38,008 nucleotides of DNA from Octopus bimaculoides (Eukaryota): NCBI RefSeq assembly GCF_001194135.2, contig NC_068983.1, positions 65,141,914-65,179,921 of the forward strand, written 5' to 3'. The position numbers and the translations under genes were made by a program. This document shows positions 10,550 through 22,327 of this stretch, in pieces (the stretch's first letter is position 1; each line of letters starts with the position of its first letter). A model generated the notes under the pieces. That model did not search any database. It was not told where the DNA came from and worked only from the letters and a program-made list of their open reading frames with translations.

Positions 10550-11450
10550 AGTCAGCAAGGAACAAAGGTCTTCATTACATTGCAATAGTTGATGTTTCAC
10601 TTGCTAAGGATGGGAGGCTTATACCAGTCACTCGGTCCATCTCGTGTTAGAAATCACCGGGATTCGAGCCCAAAATATTTAGCTTTTCATTCGCTGACAT
10701 GCGTGAGATTTGGCACATTCATACACTGAATGTATTAAATTCGAAACATATTTCCTAGCTCTTATCGTCCATGGAGTTGCATCCCTGGTCACAAATAGAT
10801 TAGTTTAGTTTTGGACGTCTGACTAATGGAATGCCGTCAGACCCTCTGTTTCGCACCATCTTGTGTGGAAATTTCACTGTACCAAAATAAAAAGAACTAG
10901 TTGAATCTAAAGGCAAGGGCCTTTCAGGAAATATATTCGCGAAGACAAAAATCATACTGATTGATTCTCCAGACATATTTTCTGGATGAGGAAATCATGG
11001 AAACATTTCATATATGTTTGACTTGGCAATTTTAACAATTACTAAATCAAGGATTATCTTTTCTTTCGGAGTGAATTTTCAGAGATGAGCGCAAAGCGGT
11101 GTAACTTTACTGCACGCATTCGTGCTGTACGTATATCGAAAAAGTGTTAGTTAAGCTAGTTAGGCTATCCGTCAATATATTCGTGAAGTTCATTTCATTG
11201 CCATTCCTTTAACTTGAGTAGCGAAGCATGCCGTGTTATTCTTCCTAGTGCTATGGCCGAAGAGGTTCTTTTACCAGTCACATTTGCAAAGAAATAGAGA
11301 ATACACTTTGAAATTCAGTCAAGCCCTCATCCGCTTCTTTAAGTTCCAGTTGGAAAGGGAAGTAGGTGTTGAGAGTAATTGGTTTTCTTAAGTGATTTTA
11401 TTAAAACCGTGGATCACTGAGGCAAAAATGATTACAGAGTTTGGAACTAC
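10550..11450 (+). mobile_element. Highly decayed L1/Tx1-like LINE 3' end
   Basis: R*AQSGVTLLHAFV (~11085-11125) resembles the C-terminal Cys/His motif, and SQALIRFFKFQLEREVGVE...PWITEAKM (~11315-11430) resembles ORF2 ends of this clade as I recall them. Boundaries are approximate. Confidence 0.5.
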
Positions 11451-14366
11451 TCCATGACTCAATAAACCATTCAGGAGATGAAATTCTGTTTGTACTCTAG
11501 GTGATGTCGGTAGGGATGCATTCCTAAATTATCCCTCTTAGAAGCTCTACTCTGTTGGGAAACTTTGTCATACGTATACCGTTTTCGTATACTATATATA
11601 TTTTCATATTTCAACATCCTTTTCCTCCTCAGCCGAATTTATTAAAAACCGTACACATTAATATTTGTCTCTGCAACTTCCGTGCCTCATCCTCTACTCC
11701 TGTAGCGTATATTAAATATTATTATGGTAGATGAACAGAATCACTGGAAGGACGCAGAAAATGCATTGCATTATTTCTTATGGGCCTTTAGATCCATGTT
11801 CAATTTCTGCCGAAGTCAACTTTGCCATTTTACTTTCCATGGGTTAATAGTAAACTAAAATGCTAGACAAATGCTGAGACCAAAACGTTATAGCCTTACT
11901 CTCGTCCATCAAACTTGTTGACTCTCGGTCTAAATAAAAGAAAAAAAAACATCTGTTATTGCTATGTATAGTTGTAGAAGTGTTAGCAGTATTGTCAGTT
12001 GTTGTTGATATAGTAGTAGTGTTTTATTTTTGTATATTTCTTCATCAAGCTACGAGTATCATGACTCTTCGTCACGCACTTGAAACCTGTTAATCTTTCT
12101 CTGCTAAATTTCTACTAGTTGAACTCTCTTGTTTTAATTTTATACTGTTATACTTGTTGTGATACATTTTTATCAAAAATGTCTGTATAATTCTAAGGCG
12201 TGAGTTTGTAATGCAGTATAATGTGTATTATTTAGTTTATAATACATTTGTCTCTCTGTATTCAACCAATACAGTGTGTGTAGAGATTTGACACACATAT
12301 TTCAATTATATGAGTGTTTTTGTTTACATATTGATAAAGACAATGGCGAAGCTGACTTTGTTACAAAGATAACGGCATGATAAATGACAAACGAAATACA
12401 ACATATATGAAAGGGAATTTAGAAACTTCAAAATTGTTTAAGTGAGCTGTAAATATGCCAAGTACGATCAAATGAGATAGTAGCACACAAGATTTTGACA
12501 TTTTTATCAAATGTATGGTAATAATTCAGATTTAAGAGGATAAACTTCATACAGAGCTTAAAAAATAAAACGGTACGTTGGTGCCTTCCTTCGCATTCAG
12601 ATATGAATAAACATTAAAAATAACAATAAATTATAAGTCAATAATGAAATCAAATACTCCTGGACGCCCAAGACATGAATGAGAGAAACACCACCGTTGT
12701 AGTTTATTTACTGCAGAATCTATGAAACTACTTTGCTTGTATCATGAGCTTTTAACTCTAACTAGTTTCAAAAATTACTTACGATTAAAAAAAAAAACTC
12801 AGAACTATTTTCTCTTTCTGTTAAGATACAGGATTTCGGAAATGCCGTCTTCACTCACTTTACAACGCCGACTGACCTTTATCACACATACTCCCTGTAA
12901 TACCTATGCCACAATCTAGTGAATTATTTAATTATATGCATAGATATTCTAAACACTCACATATCTTTCATATATCTTATACTCTAACATTTCTCTAAAG
13001 CTTTTTGCTTAATGAAAAGATTGACGTCAATGCATAAAATATTACAACCAACGCTTGGCCAGAAGAGGCTCCAAGAATGAAATACAATCTTGTCCAACAA
13101 GAGAATCTAAACGAGGAAAACCTCAATGTCATTTACTAATTCCTATTCAATTTTACAACTGATTTACCATCTGCTTTGCGCAAGTTAACTATTCTCCTAT
13201 CAAACTTAACACTACAATTACCTTTCGGAAAGTATTTAGACTTAAATTTAAAACAATTTAAACTAAGAAAATCATTGGAACCTACACTATTTTGCGCCAC
13301 TCTCAATGGCCTATATCTCATTATGTGCCCTAGTATTCTCATCTTTGATACATAAAAAGTTTATACTCGAGCGCGAGTTACGCGTACCAACGATCAGAAA
13401 CACACGCACATGCGCACAGACACACACACGTACAGACACGCACACATTCGCACACACATCTATATAACTATTTAGCCTGAATATTTTGAAAATAGCATCT
13501 GAGCAACTACTAGCGATTCTCATAAAGGTGATGCTATTTTGAAAATATTAAAAATTAACTTCTCGGGGATAGTTTACACTGTTCGTGAAAGATGTCCTTG
13601 GTCGGTTATTTCATGCAAAACTTTTTATATATTTACCGTTTGTAGTTCACATAGCATACTTTAAAAAGCTTGAAGGTTATTTGATGTGGATTATTAAACA
13701 TAGATAAATATATATATATTTATGTAGTGTAATTTGAATAATTCAGAAGTAAAATGATCTAAAGTGAACATTTCATATACACGCAAATCACGTGATATTT
13801 GATAAATGTGTATATGTGTTTGCGTATATAATATATATATATATGCATGTATATAATATATATNNNNNNNNNNNNNNNNNNNNNNNNNNNNNNNNNNNNN
13901 NNNNNNNNNNNNNNNNNNNNNNNNNNNNNNNNNNNNNNNNNNNNNNNNNNNNNNNNNNNNNNNNNNNNNNNNNNNNNNNNNNNNNNNNNNNNNNNNNNNN
14001 NNNNNNNNNNNNNNNNNNNNNNNNNNNNNNNNNNNNNNNNNNNNNNNNNNNNNNNNNNNNNNNNNNNNNNNNNNNNNNNNNNNNNNNNNNNNNNNNNNNN
14101 NNNNNNNNNNNNNNNNNNNNNNNNNNNNNNNNNNNNNNNNNNNNNNNNNNNNNNNNNNNNNNNNNNNNNNNNNNNNNNNNNNNNNNNNNNNNNNNNNNNN
14201 NNNNNNNNNNNNNNNNNNNNNNNNNNNNNNNNNNNNNNNNNNNNNNNNNNNNAATGCGAGGAAAAAACAACCAACAGAAGATGACCAACTTTCTTTTAGA
14301 ATAAACTTAATTGTGTATCGACCGATTTCGCGATTACTAGAATGAATCTAGATTTCGTTCATCAGC

Positions 14367-14651
14367 ACAATATTGTTCCAAAAATATATATAAATAAACA
14401 GAATAAATAAACAGAATTTATCATTTTTTGAATTTATTTTTCAAATATATACACGGAATACATTGAATGTTGAATTTTTTATCCCTGTCTCCACATGGGT
14501 ACCCAGAAACAACCCGGAAGTATTTCCCGCTTCTTTGATGAAGATATATACAGATAAACTTCATTCGCTTTACTCTGTCGGATACGTAGTTGTTCGGTTT
14601 TGGTGAGGTGAGAATTCTGTTTATTTATATATATTTTTGGAACAATATTGT
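14367..14651. repeat. Perfect 38 bp inverted repeat pair, 209 bp spacer (MITE-like or micro-inversion)
   Basis: acaatattgttccaaaaatatatataaataaacagaat at 14367-14404; exact reverse complement at 14614-14651. Confidence 0.9.
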
Positions 14652-15564
14652 TAAAATCATTTTTCACAGAATAGTACATAGATCAATGGCTATTGTGTCC
14701 TTACGTGTTTACTCTTATCAGAAAGCCATATATCATTCTTCACGATGCATCGTTTTTTACACCAAAGATTACGTTGTCCAACATGCCTATGTTCAATTTA
14801 AATTGCATATTCTGACTGAATGCTTATTTATAAAATGTCGAGTGAAAGCATAGAGACTACTTCTTTTAATCTGAAGAAGTAAGTAACTTTATGTACCTTA
14901 ACATGGTATCATTGTACCATTTACATTGTGTAAGTTATTCAATCAAGTATACAATACTTAACTTTTTTTAAAATGTTAAATTCGTAAGCGACTATCTTTA
15001 ACAGCTCACACTGTAAGTAAAGAAAATCAATATTCGATAAAATATACGCAATTTGATATTGTTCTGTCAGTGATAGAGAGAAATGACAATTTAAGATAAA
15101 ACATTTAATTACAATTTGTTCTCACCAACCGTAAAATGCTGTCTGCCAAAAATATTCTGGCTAATATAGTTGGACTTAGCATAAAATATTATTTAATCAA
15201 TAAGAGACGCACAAACAAACGATCAGAGCCATCTACTAAAATATGCATAAAAACATTATGTGACATTGTAAGTATACATATATATATTATTCGTAATCCT
15301 GTATACATGTTTCTGTCTCTTTATTCCATTATATGTTGGAGTTGTACCGAGCTGTGCCAATATAATGTAGGATATAGTAATAATGATAATAATAATAATT
15401 ATTATTATACATAGATGACATTTATAAATGTTTTAATGCATTGCTACGCACGTTTCCACAAATCACATAGTCCGCATTCCTAAAATGGTTACCGTACAAT
15501 CCGTAGTATCCATGAATATCGGTTAAATCATATTCATGCATTCATTGCTTCAGGCGAAGTGGCA

Positions 15565-15659
15565 TTAACGTTGGAAGCGGTGGATGTATAACCGGCGATT
15601 GAAGAGGTTGATTGGCATATGCGAGCAGTTCTGTGTGTATTTATGCGGAGGAGTAGAAG
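15565..15659 (-). CDS. Candidate terminal coding exon of minus-strand gene
   Basis: Acceptor cctttctctcttcccattag|, phase 1, (A)STPPHKYTQNCSHMPINLFNRRLYIHRFQR*. Confidence 0.45.
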
Positions 15660-15839
15660 CTAATGGGAAGAGAGAAAGGAATAGTAGCTGAAATGAAGTC
15701 GGAGATGTATGTTTGATATTTAAGTATGCATATGTCAGAATCGGTAGTATAGTTCGTTGCTTTGACCTTAGTCACAGCTTGCGCCGCCTCAATGAATTCA
15801 GATTATTATTAGCATCATTTTTATTTTTATTATTATTAT

Positions 15840-15840
<1 letters not shown>

Positions 15841-15910
<70 letters not shown>

Positions 15911-15914
15911 TTAT

Positions 15915-15947
<33 letters not shown>
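15841..15947. repeat. (ACT)n microsatellite
   Basis: Direct reading; source of the poly-L/S/V ORFs. Confidence 0.95.
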
Positions 15948-16257
15948 ACACCCACACACACACAAACACACACAAGGGAAAAACCTATCAAACGCAGAAA
16001 TTAAAGAAGCAGTAGTACGCGAATAAGGCACTCCATGTACCATTTACACCCATTAATACACCATATACTGATTTATTCGAGTTACAGCGATAACATTTCA
16101 AAATGGAGAGCAAAAAATATCCACCATCTGACGTGATTAAAGATCCCTGCTCACCCACAAAACAGGACACCAAGGATAAGAGGGTCACTATAGCCACTAC
16201 TGCCATCAAACTATTGTACATGAAATGCATGTTACAACGCAGAAAAGGAACCATGTA

Positions 16258-17127
16258 GGATCCTTTTGGTTTGATGGGCAACATTTTTCATTTATGTTTT
16301 ATGTAGTGCTTTTGGTACCGAAACACTTTCAAACTGTGAATAGTTGTATATTTTGTGTTATAGAACAGATACAAAATTTTGTATTCGAAGTTATTTCATG
16401 TAAAAAAATTGTCGTATTTGGGGAATTTCAACCAATCACTGACGTCTATTGAGGTGAAAGCATTACGCCGTGGAATGTAAACAACGGTGTCAAGGGATCT
16501 TTTCCCTTGAATAAAATTAGTGCCGTTGTTTGTCAACAAAAACTATCCGTTGTCAACAACAACTATCAGTGGTATATATTTCGTTTGTTACTGTTATTTA
16601 TGACATCGTTCGTGCGTTTGTACTGGTTTTAGCTTTAGGGTTTAATGGTTGGGGTTCGGGTTTTTATAGTTACGGTTAGTTTTAGGATTACGGTTAGGGT
16701 TATGATTATTTTTGCCATAACCTTAACCCTAACCCTAAAACCCTATAGCTCATAACCATAACCCTAACCCTAACCCTAACCCCAACCCTAACCCTAAAAC
16801 CCCAACCCTAACTCTAAAACCCAAACCCTAACCTTAAACCCTTACTAGGGAATAATGATATAATTAAACAGGGAATAACACTCTTAACACCGGTAAAAAT
16901 TATTGTTTATAAAAAGAGCAGTAACTGTATTCAGCTGAACAGACGTCAGTGATTGGTTGAAATTACAGAAATACGACAACTTTAACATGAAATAACTTAT
17001 TAAGAAATAATTTTTTTTAAGAAGGCTAAGAGAAAAAGATGTTTTATATGACACATTCTACCAGTATCGCAAGTTTGAAAGTGTTTCGTTAAGAAAACAA
17101 GTGTTGACCGTTAAACCAAAAAGATCC
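16258..17127. mobile_element. Non-autonomous TIR (foldback/MITE-like) element with 8 bp TSD
   Basis: Termini GGATCCTTTTGGTTTGA and (reverse complement) GGATCTTTTTGGTTTAA. Flanks accatgta (16250-16257) and agcatgta (17128-17135). Inverted homology continues inward: cgaaacactttcaaact 16319-16335 vs 17072-17088, and aatttcaaccaatcactgacgtct in both arms. Confidence 0.8.
16628..16842. repeat. Degenerate telomere-like arrays in inverted arrangement: TTAGGG-like then CCCTAA-like
   Basis: tttagggttt...ggttagggtt (16628-16702), then accctaaccctaaccctaacc (16718-16842). Confidence 0.9.
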
Positions 17128-18031
17128 AGCATGTATTCATACTTGAGGCAGGTTTCCTCATATCACAATATGCAGAGCACAAGCAAAAAGGTGTCTTCAT
17201 AGAAATATAGCCCGTGCAGTGATACATTTGGCAATAGACATTATGTTTTATATAGACAGAAAAGTATGAAATTGTGGTAGAGTTGACATACTTCCGTAAA
17301 GAAGTCACGCTATTAATCATTTGACACATACAAACTCAGGTTGTGGATAACACACAAGTAATGCTTATAGTGTTAAGAAACAAGTGACAGAATACATAAT
17401 CGGGAGATACTATTCTAAAATCATGAAATAATATTCTTAAAGCAGACAGCATTATTGGCGCTGAACCATCTATAATAGCGTTGAAACTGGGAAAATGATA
17501 GGCTGATATTCAGAAAAAACGTGACGACTATAATATTCAAGTAAAGTGACTGACCGCGTTTAACAATCATGGGAAGTCTAAATATGTATTTATAACGGAT
17601 TAATGGCGTATACATTTTATCAATATTGATATTGGAATGCCTTGAAGGAAATATTTGATTAAAGTTAAAATATTATTACTAGTTTTTCTGACTTTTGAAA
17701 TAATTTCCAAGTATTTCTGAAAAACTTTCATGCTGTTGCTTAAGAGCGACTAATAATGTCAATAACAGTGTTGGCACAAAAACAACATATACTTTAAAAG
17801 CGGGGTCGCAAATCGATNNNNNNNNNNNNNNNNNNNNNNNNNNNNNNNNNNNNNNNNNNNNNNNNNNNNNNNNNNNNNNNNNNNNNNNNNNNNNNNNNNN
17901 NNNNNNNNNNNNNNNNNNNNNNNNNNNNNNNNNNNNNNNNNNNNNNNNNNNNNNNNNNNNNNNNNNNNNNNNNNNNNNNNNNNNNNNNNNNNNNNNNNNN
18001 NNNNNNNNNNNNNNNNNNNNNNNNNNNNNNN

Positions 18032-18065
<34 letters not shown>

Positions 18066-18681
18066 TTATGAAAGAAGGTTTGGAAATGTAATTTTAAAGA
18101 TGGTTATTCACTTGACCGGTTTCACTTTTTTAGAAAAAGATTGTCAAAAGTAAAATGTAAATCTTTGTATAAGATTTGTTGTGTTCAGTACTTGTTGTCA
18201 CCAAAGTATTAAAATACATATGTACATTCTTTGATAATTATAAGAAAATGTTAAAAGTAGTTTAGTATTAAAATATATATATAAGAATACATATATATAT
18301 TCTTTGATAATAATATGAAAATGTTTAAGTATTAAAATACATATATACATTCTTTCAGTCTAAAAGAGAGTATTCAACAAAAAGTATTTGGTAGTATATA
18401 TATACTCAGAAGGAGATATATTTAAAGAATTTACAAAAAATTGGAGAGAAACTGCCCCGTCTTTCTAACATGTTTTCTCTTGTGTGTGTAGCTAGAGAAT
18501 GTTTGCTATTTTCAGGGACAGTGTGGGAGGCTGGTTGGGGTGGGTGGAAGGAAGAGCAATGTAGAATTAAAAGTTGTTTTTTTTTGTTTCTCGCTAGTCT
18601 GTCACAGTTCAGTAGTTTTTTCCGACTGGCCTTAGAGGTCAGAATGTCTCTGTGCATGTCTCTATGTGTGTGTGTGTATAC

Positions 18682-18750
18682 ATGGGGTCGATTTGTTCGA
18701 TCAAAGGCGGTATTCCATCATGGCAGCAGTCAGAATGACAAACAAATAAC
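18682..18750 (+). mobile_element. SINE 3' tail fragment
   Basis: ggggtcgatttgttcgatcaaaggcggtattccatcatggcagcagtcagaatgac aligns with 2167-2230. Confidence 0.75.
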
Positions 18751-19609
18751 AGTAGCATTCACTCTTAGGGGTTAGCCGTGTGTATACTTCACAATAATAA
18801 TAATATTAGGGTTAAAAATCCTATTATATGATTTTTACTTTGTATTTATATTTATTTATCGAGTATTTCTTTATTAATTTTTTCTGGATGAGTTCATGAA
18901 CTTTGGTTCTTTTCTCTAAATTATATATTTATATATATATATACACACATAGAGACAGACAGAGTGAGGGAGTATGCGTGTATGTGTGTGTGTATGTGTG
19001 TGTGTGTATGTGTGTGCGTGTGTGTATTTGAAGTGATGTAAAATACTGTATATTAAGAAGGAGGTAGTCAAATGTTTGGATAATTCTTTTCTTTGCGCTT
19101 TCGTTTAACCGAACTCTTCAAGATAAAATCTTCAAGATAAAATCATTTTGATGAACTCGGTTACATGAAAGAAAGCGCTAATAAAGTATTATCCAAAGTT
19201 CTTACTGCCTCCATCTTCTTTATATTTATATACACATGCACACATGCACGCGCACACACACGCGCGCACACACACACATATATATATAAATCCACACTGG
19301 TTTATATGTAAATATTCGTGCGTGTAGTCAAACGTAATCTTTTTGCTAACATATATTTTAATTTCTTTAATGTCAAACTACGATTAAAAAAATAGTTGAT
19401 ATCATGTTGAATTCGAAACAGACTTTCATTAAAAAAACTTCTAGATACATCAACCGATGATCTGACTTTTAGATAATTATATACGTGTAGATTTTCTCAG
19501 CAATGTCTAAGAACGTGTACAGGCTTCGTTATTTTTTCGAGAAGAACCGTCTATTGAAAAGTCAGAGAACTCAAAAATATTAACATCTATACTATAAATT
19601 CTGGACATA

Positions 19610-19768
19610 GGTGCAGGAGCAGCTGTGTTGTAAGTAGGACGCTTACCAACCACATGGTTCTGGGCTCAGTCCCACTGCGTGGCACCTTGGGCAAATGTCT
19701 TCTGCTATAGCCTCGGATTGACGAAAGCCTCGTGCGTGGATTTGGTAGACGTAAACTGAAATAAGTCT
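19610..19768 (+). mobile_element. SINE 5' half
   Basis: Aligns with 1858-2010 (cagtcccactgcgtggcaccttgggcaa...). Confidence 0.85.
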
Positions 19769-19859
19769 GCAAGAGTAGGGTTTTTTACAGTCTAAGGGAG
19801 ATAACCGTTTTTTAAGCCCATTTTGTCATTCTAAAGGGAATACGATGTTCTTTAGACGT

Positions 19860-21005
19860 AGTTTCACTTACAATTTCACTGGTGCTTTCAAAACTATCTG
19901 GTTTGTTATTCCGTGTGGAAAGCAAATTAAATTTAATATTCCTTTACAATCCGTGAAGCGGTTAGTAAGAACTTTCCAAAAAAAATTCAGGATATTATTT
20001 GATTATGAATTCTCATAGATTTAGAGTAGCATGTTCCAACACAAAAATTCTTTCACAAATTCTTTCTTCTCATAATATCAACCTGTTAAATAAAAATTCA
20101 TTTACTGAGAGTTCCAACATTAATTCAGTTAATACCAACCTTTCCCCTAATTATAATAACAACAAAGTTTTGGTCTCTGAATCAACCCCAACAGAATTAG
20201 ATATATGTGTAATAATTCTAAGATTACAAATCCTACATATCAGTGTAAAATTACTTCCGGTACCGAAATCTATTTTTATATTCGTGTTTCTTCTCAGTTA
20301 TCTAAAAGATTTTCCATTCATAATTTTACATTTAGGGATAGTAGTAAACGCAATAGCACAGGACTTGGTAAATTGATTTTGTATCTTAAAGATAATAATA
20401 AGAAATTTAATTTACATTGGTTCATCCTGTCAATTTCATTCCCTTACGACAAAGGTAACAAATTCTGTAACATTTGTAATTCTGAACTGTTCCACATTCT
20501 CTTTTCTAAGAATCCCCTTGTAAACACGTTTATAGAGCGTTCTACCGATGTAAACATTGGCAGAAACACACCTTTGGCTCATATATGTAATTTCTGCCAA
20601 TCAATATGGTTTGAGCATTTAGTTCTTCTTTCACTCTACTTCCAATAGAGATATCTATTTTCAAGCCTTTGATCATTCATTTAACTCACATATCACTCTA
20701 TATTTCCCCTTTTCTAGTTCTCTCCTTATTAATTTCTTTCCCCTTCTCTTCATATGCGCTACCTTTGACGTCATATCTACTAACGGTGTTTTTTTAAATA
20801 CTTAATAGCATTCTGTTCATCATTTACACAGTCATCACATTTGTTAAAATGACTTATCGTTGAGTTTGATTCTCTTTCTTTCCCTGATGAGAAGATTAAA
20901 GTATTTTACACTAATTATTCGTTTGGAATAATACCAATGGTGTCTTCGAAACATGTGTCGGAAGTAAAAGAATTTGAATAGCACCTGCGCTTAACTCCAT
21001 TTATT
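19860..21005 (+). mobile_element. Decayed Penelope-like element 3' part (same sub-type as 8298-8776) with terminal hammerhead
   Basis: IWFVIPCGKQIK...; RFRVACSNTKILSQILSSHN; TYQCKIT...YFYIRVSSQLSKRFSIHNFTFR...NSTGLGKLILYLKD...LHWFIL...PYDKGNKFCNICNSELFHIL (GIY-YIG C-terminus). Confidence 0.75.
20879..20964 (+). ncRNA. Type I hammerhead ribozyme with intact canonical core
   Basis: (U)UUCC-CUGAUGA-GAAGA...UCUUC-GAAAC-AUGU-GUC-GGAA(G). Stem I 4 bp plus G-U, stem II 5 bp, GUC cleavage triplet; the stem II loop contains the hairpin AUUAUUC/GAAUAAU. Confidence 0.85.
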
Positions 21006-21037
21006 TATTTATGCTATACAACCTACTGCACATTAAC

Positions 21038-21130
21038 CTGGAGTTTCTGCCTTTGAACAAGTTGCTACATCCTTGTTACTTGCGTGAATTTTGCTACCCC
21101 GGTAATTGTTTATTGAATTTTCTGTGTTAA
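21038..21130 (-). CDS. Candidate internal exon (93 bp, phase 1-1)
   Basis: tttccctttgtttacag| ... cag|gttaat; only one frame is open: (V)NTENSINNYRGSKIHASNKDVATCSKAETP. Confidence 0.55.
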
Positions 21131-21161
21131 CTGTAAACAAAGGGAAATTCACTCATCCATT

Positions 21162-21198
<37 letters not shown>

Positions 21199-22295
21199 GC
21201 ACGATATAGGCTAATAAATTCTTGCAGCAGCACTTAGTCTTTACATAGTGAATTCTGATGTGTCTGCACTCTGGCAAATGTTTACAAATAACTATTAAAT
21301 ATATTTACCTCTAATAATTACATATTCCGTCTTATTTGGTTCCACTTCAACGCTAACCATGCAGAGATATATTTGAAACATTTTAGTGATGACAATTCCA
21401 TTTGCTTATTAATATTTCGAATTCCATTTTTATGAACTATTTCATTATGAATATATGGTGGTTGTGCAGGAGATATAACTGCTACTTTTAGCATTTTCCG
21501 TGATCACCTACTGACTTGACTATAGAAAAAATGAAAAGTTGTCCATGTCTGTGGAGTATAATGAAGAATATAAAATACCATACTGCCCAAATCGCATAGC
21601 ATTTTTACGCTGCATGCGAGTAATTGTTACATTATCACCTGTCTTTCAAACTAAATTTCACATCGTGAAATTTTATTAGGTGAACATTTTTACGACTTAA
21701 GACACTTTCAAAATGTCATGTGAAAATATTTACTCCAGCGTAGAAAAAGTTCAATCAAATGCTGAATTTTCAGCTTGAATCAATAATTGTATGCCTGAGA
21801 AATAGTTGTTAAATCTTCTGATAGGTTCTCACCTACTTAATTTATTGATAAATATGTGTTCATCATAATGCCATGTGGTTAATACTGTTGTGTCAATCGA
21901 CATTGTTGTTTTTGTTGTTATGATTGTTTAATATTAGGTCAACCCTGATTCTGTAGATCGAAAGCGTTCCAACGGTTGCAATCGTGTTTCCTGTTTTCTC
22001 AAATTAGCGGTTCCGATTTCTTGAATTCTTGAATAACCTTCTTGTATTTAATACCAAGTATACTCTGATTGGGTTAATGATGAATCACACTACAGCAATA
22101 TTCACCCCGTCATTCACACGAATATAACTAATATTTTAATACAGTAGCCAATATTTCTTCTAATTTTAGATTATAGGGTGTAATTTCTGTGTGATTTGGC
22201 TACTACTTGCAGTAGGTCAAATAATCATGTAGCGATAACCCTCGCTCAAAGCAGTGTCATGACAAGGTGACAGGATACAATTTCCAACCTTATAC

Positions 22296-22327
22296 CTGGT
22301 GACATAGTAAGCATTACATCAATGGCT
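22296..22327 (-). CDS. Candidate internal exon (32 bp, phase 2-1)
   Basis: catcttcatttag| ... cag|gtataa; only one frame is open: (R)AIDVMLTMSP. Confidence 0.45.

Noticed and set aside
13366-13386. actcg-agcg-cgagt hairpin plus tacgcgta as a Helitron 3' end
   Set aside because: No CTRR terminus at the expected distance and no linked Helitron sequence.
16628-16842. Ancestral telomere-telomere fusion site
   Set aside because: The arrays sit inside a TSD-flanked TIR element, so transposon cargo is the simpler explanation.
18205-18360. Short imperfect tandem duplications (also 19124-19153 and 32217-32258)
   Set aside because: Ordinary slippage products in AT-rich DNA.
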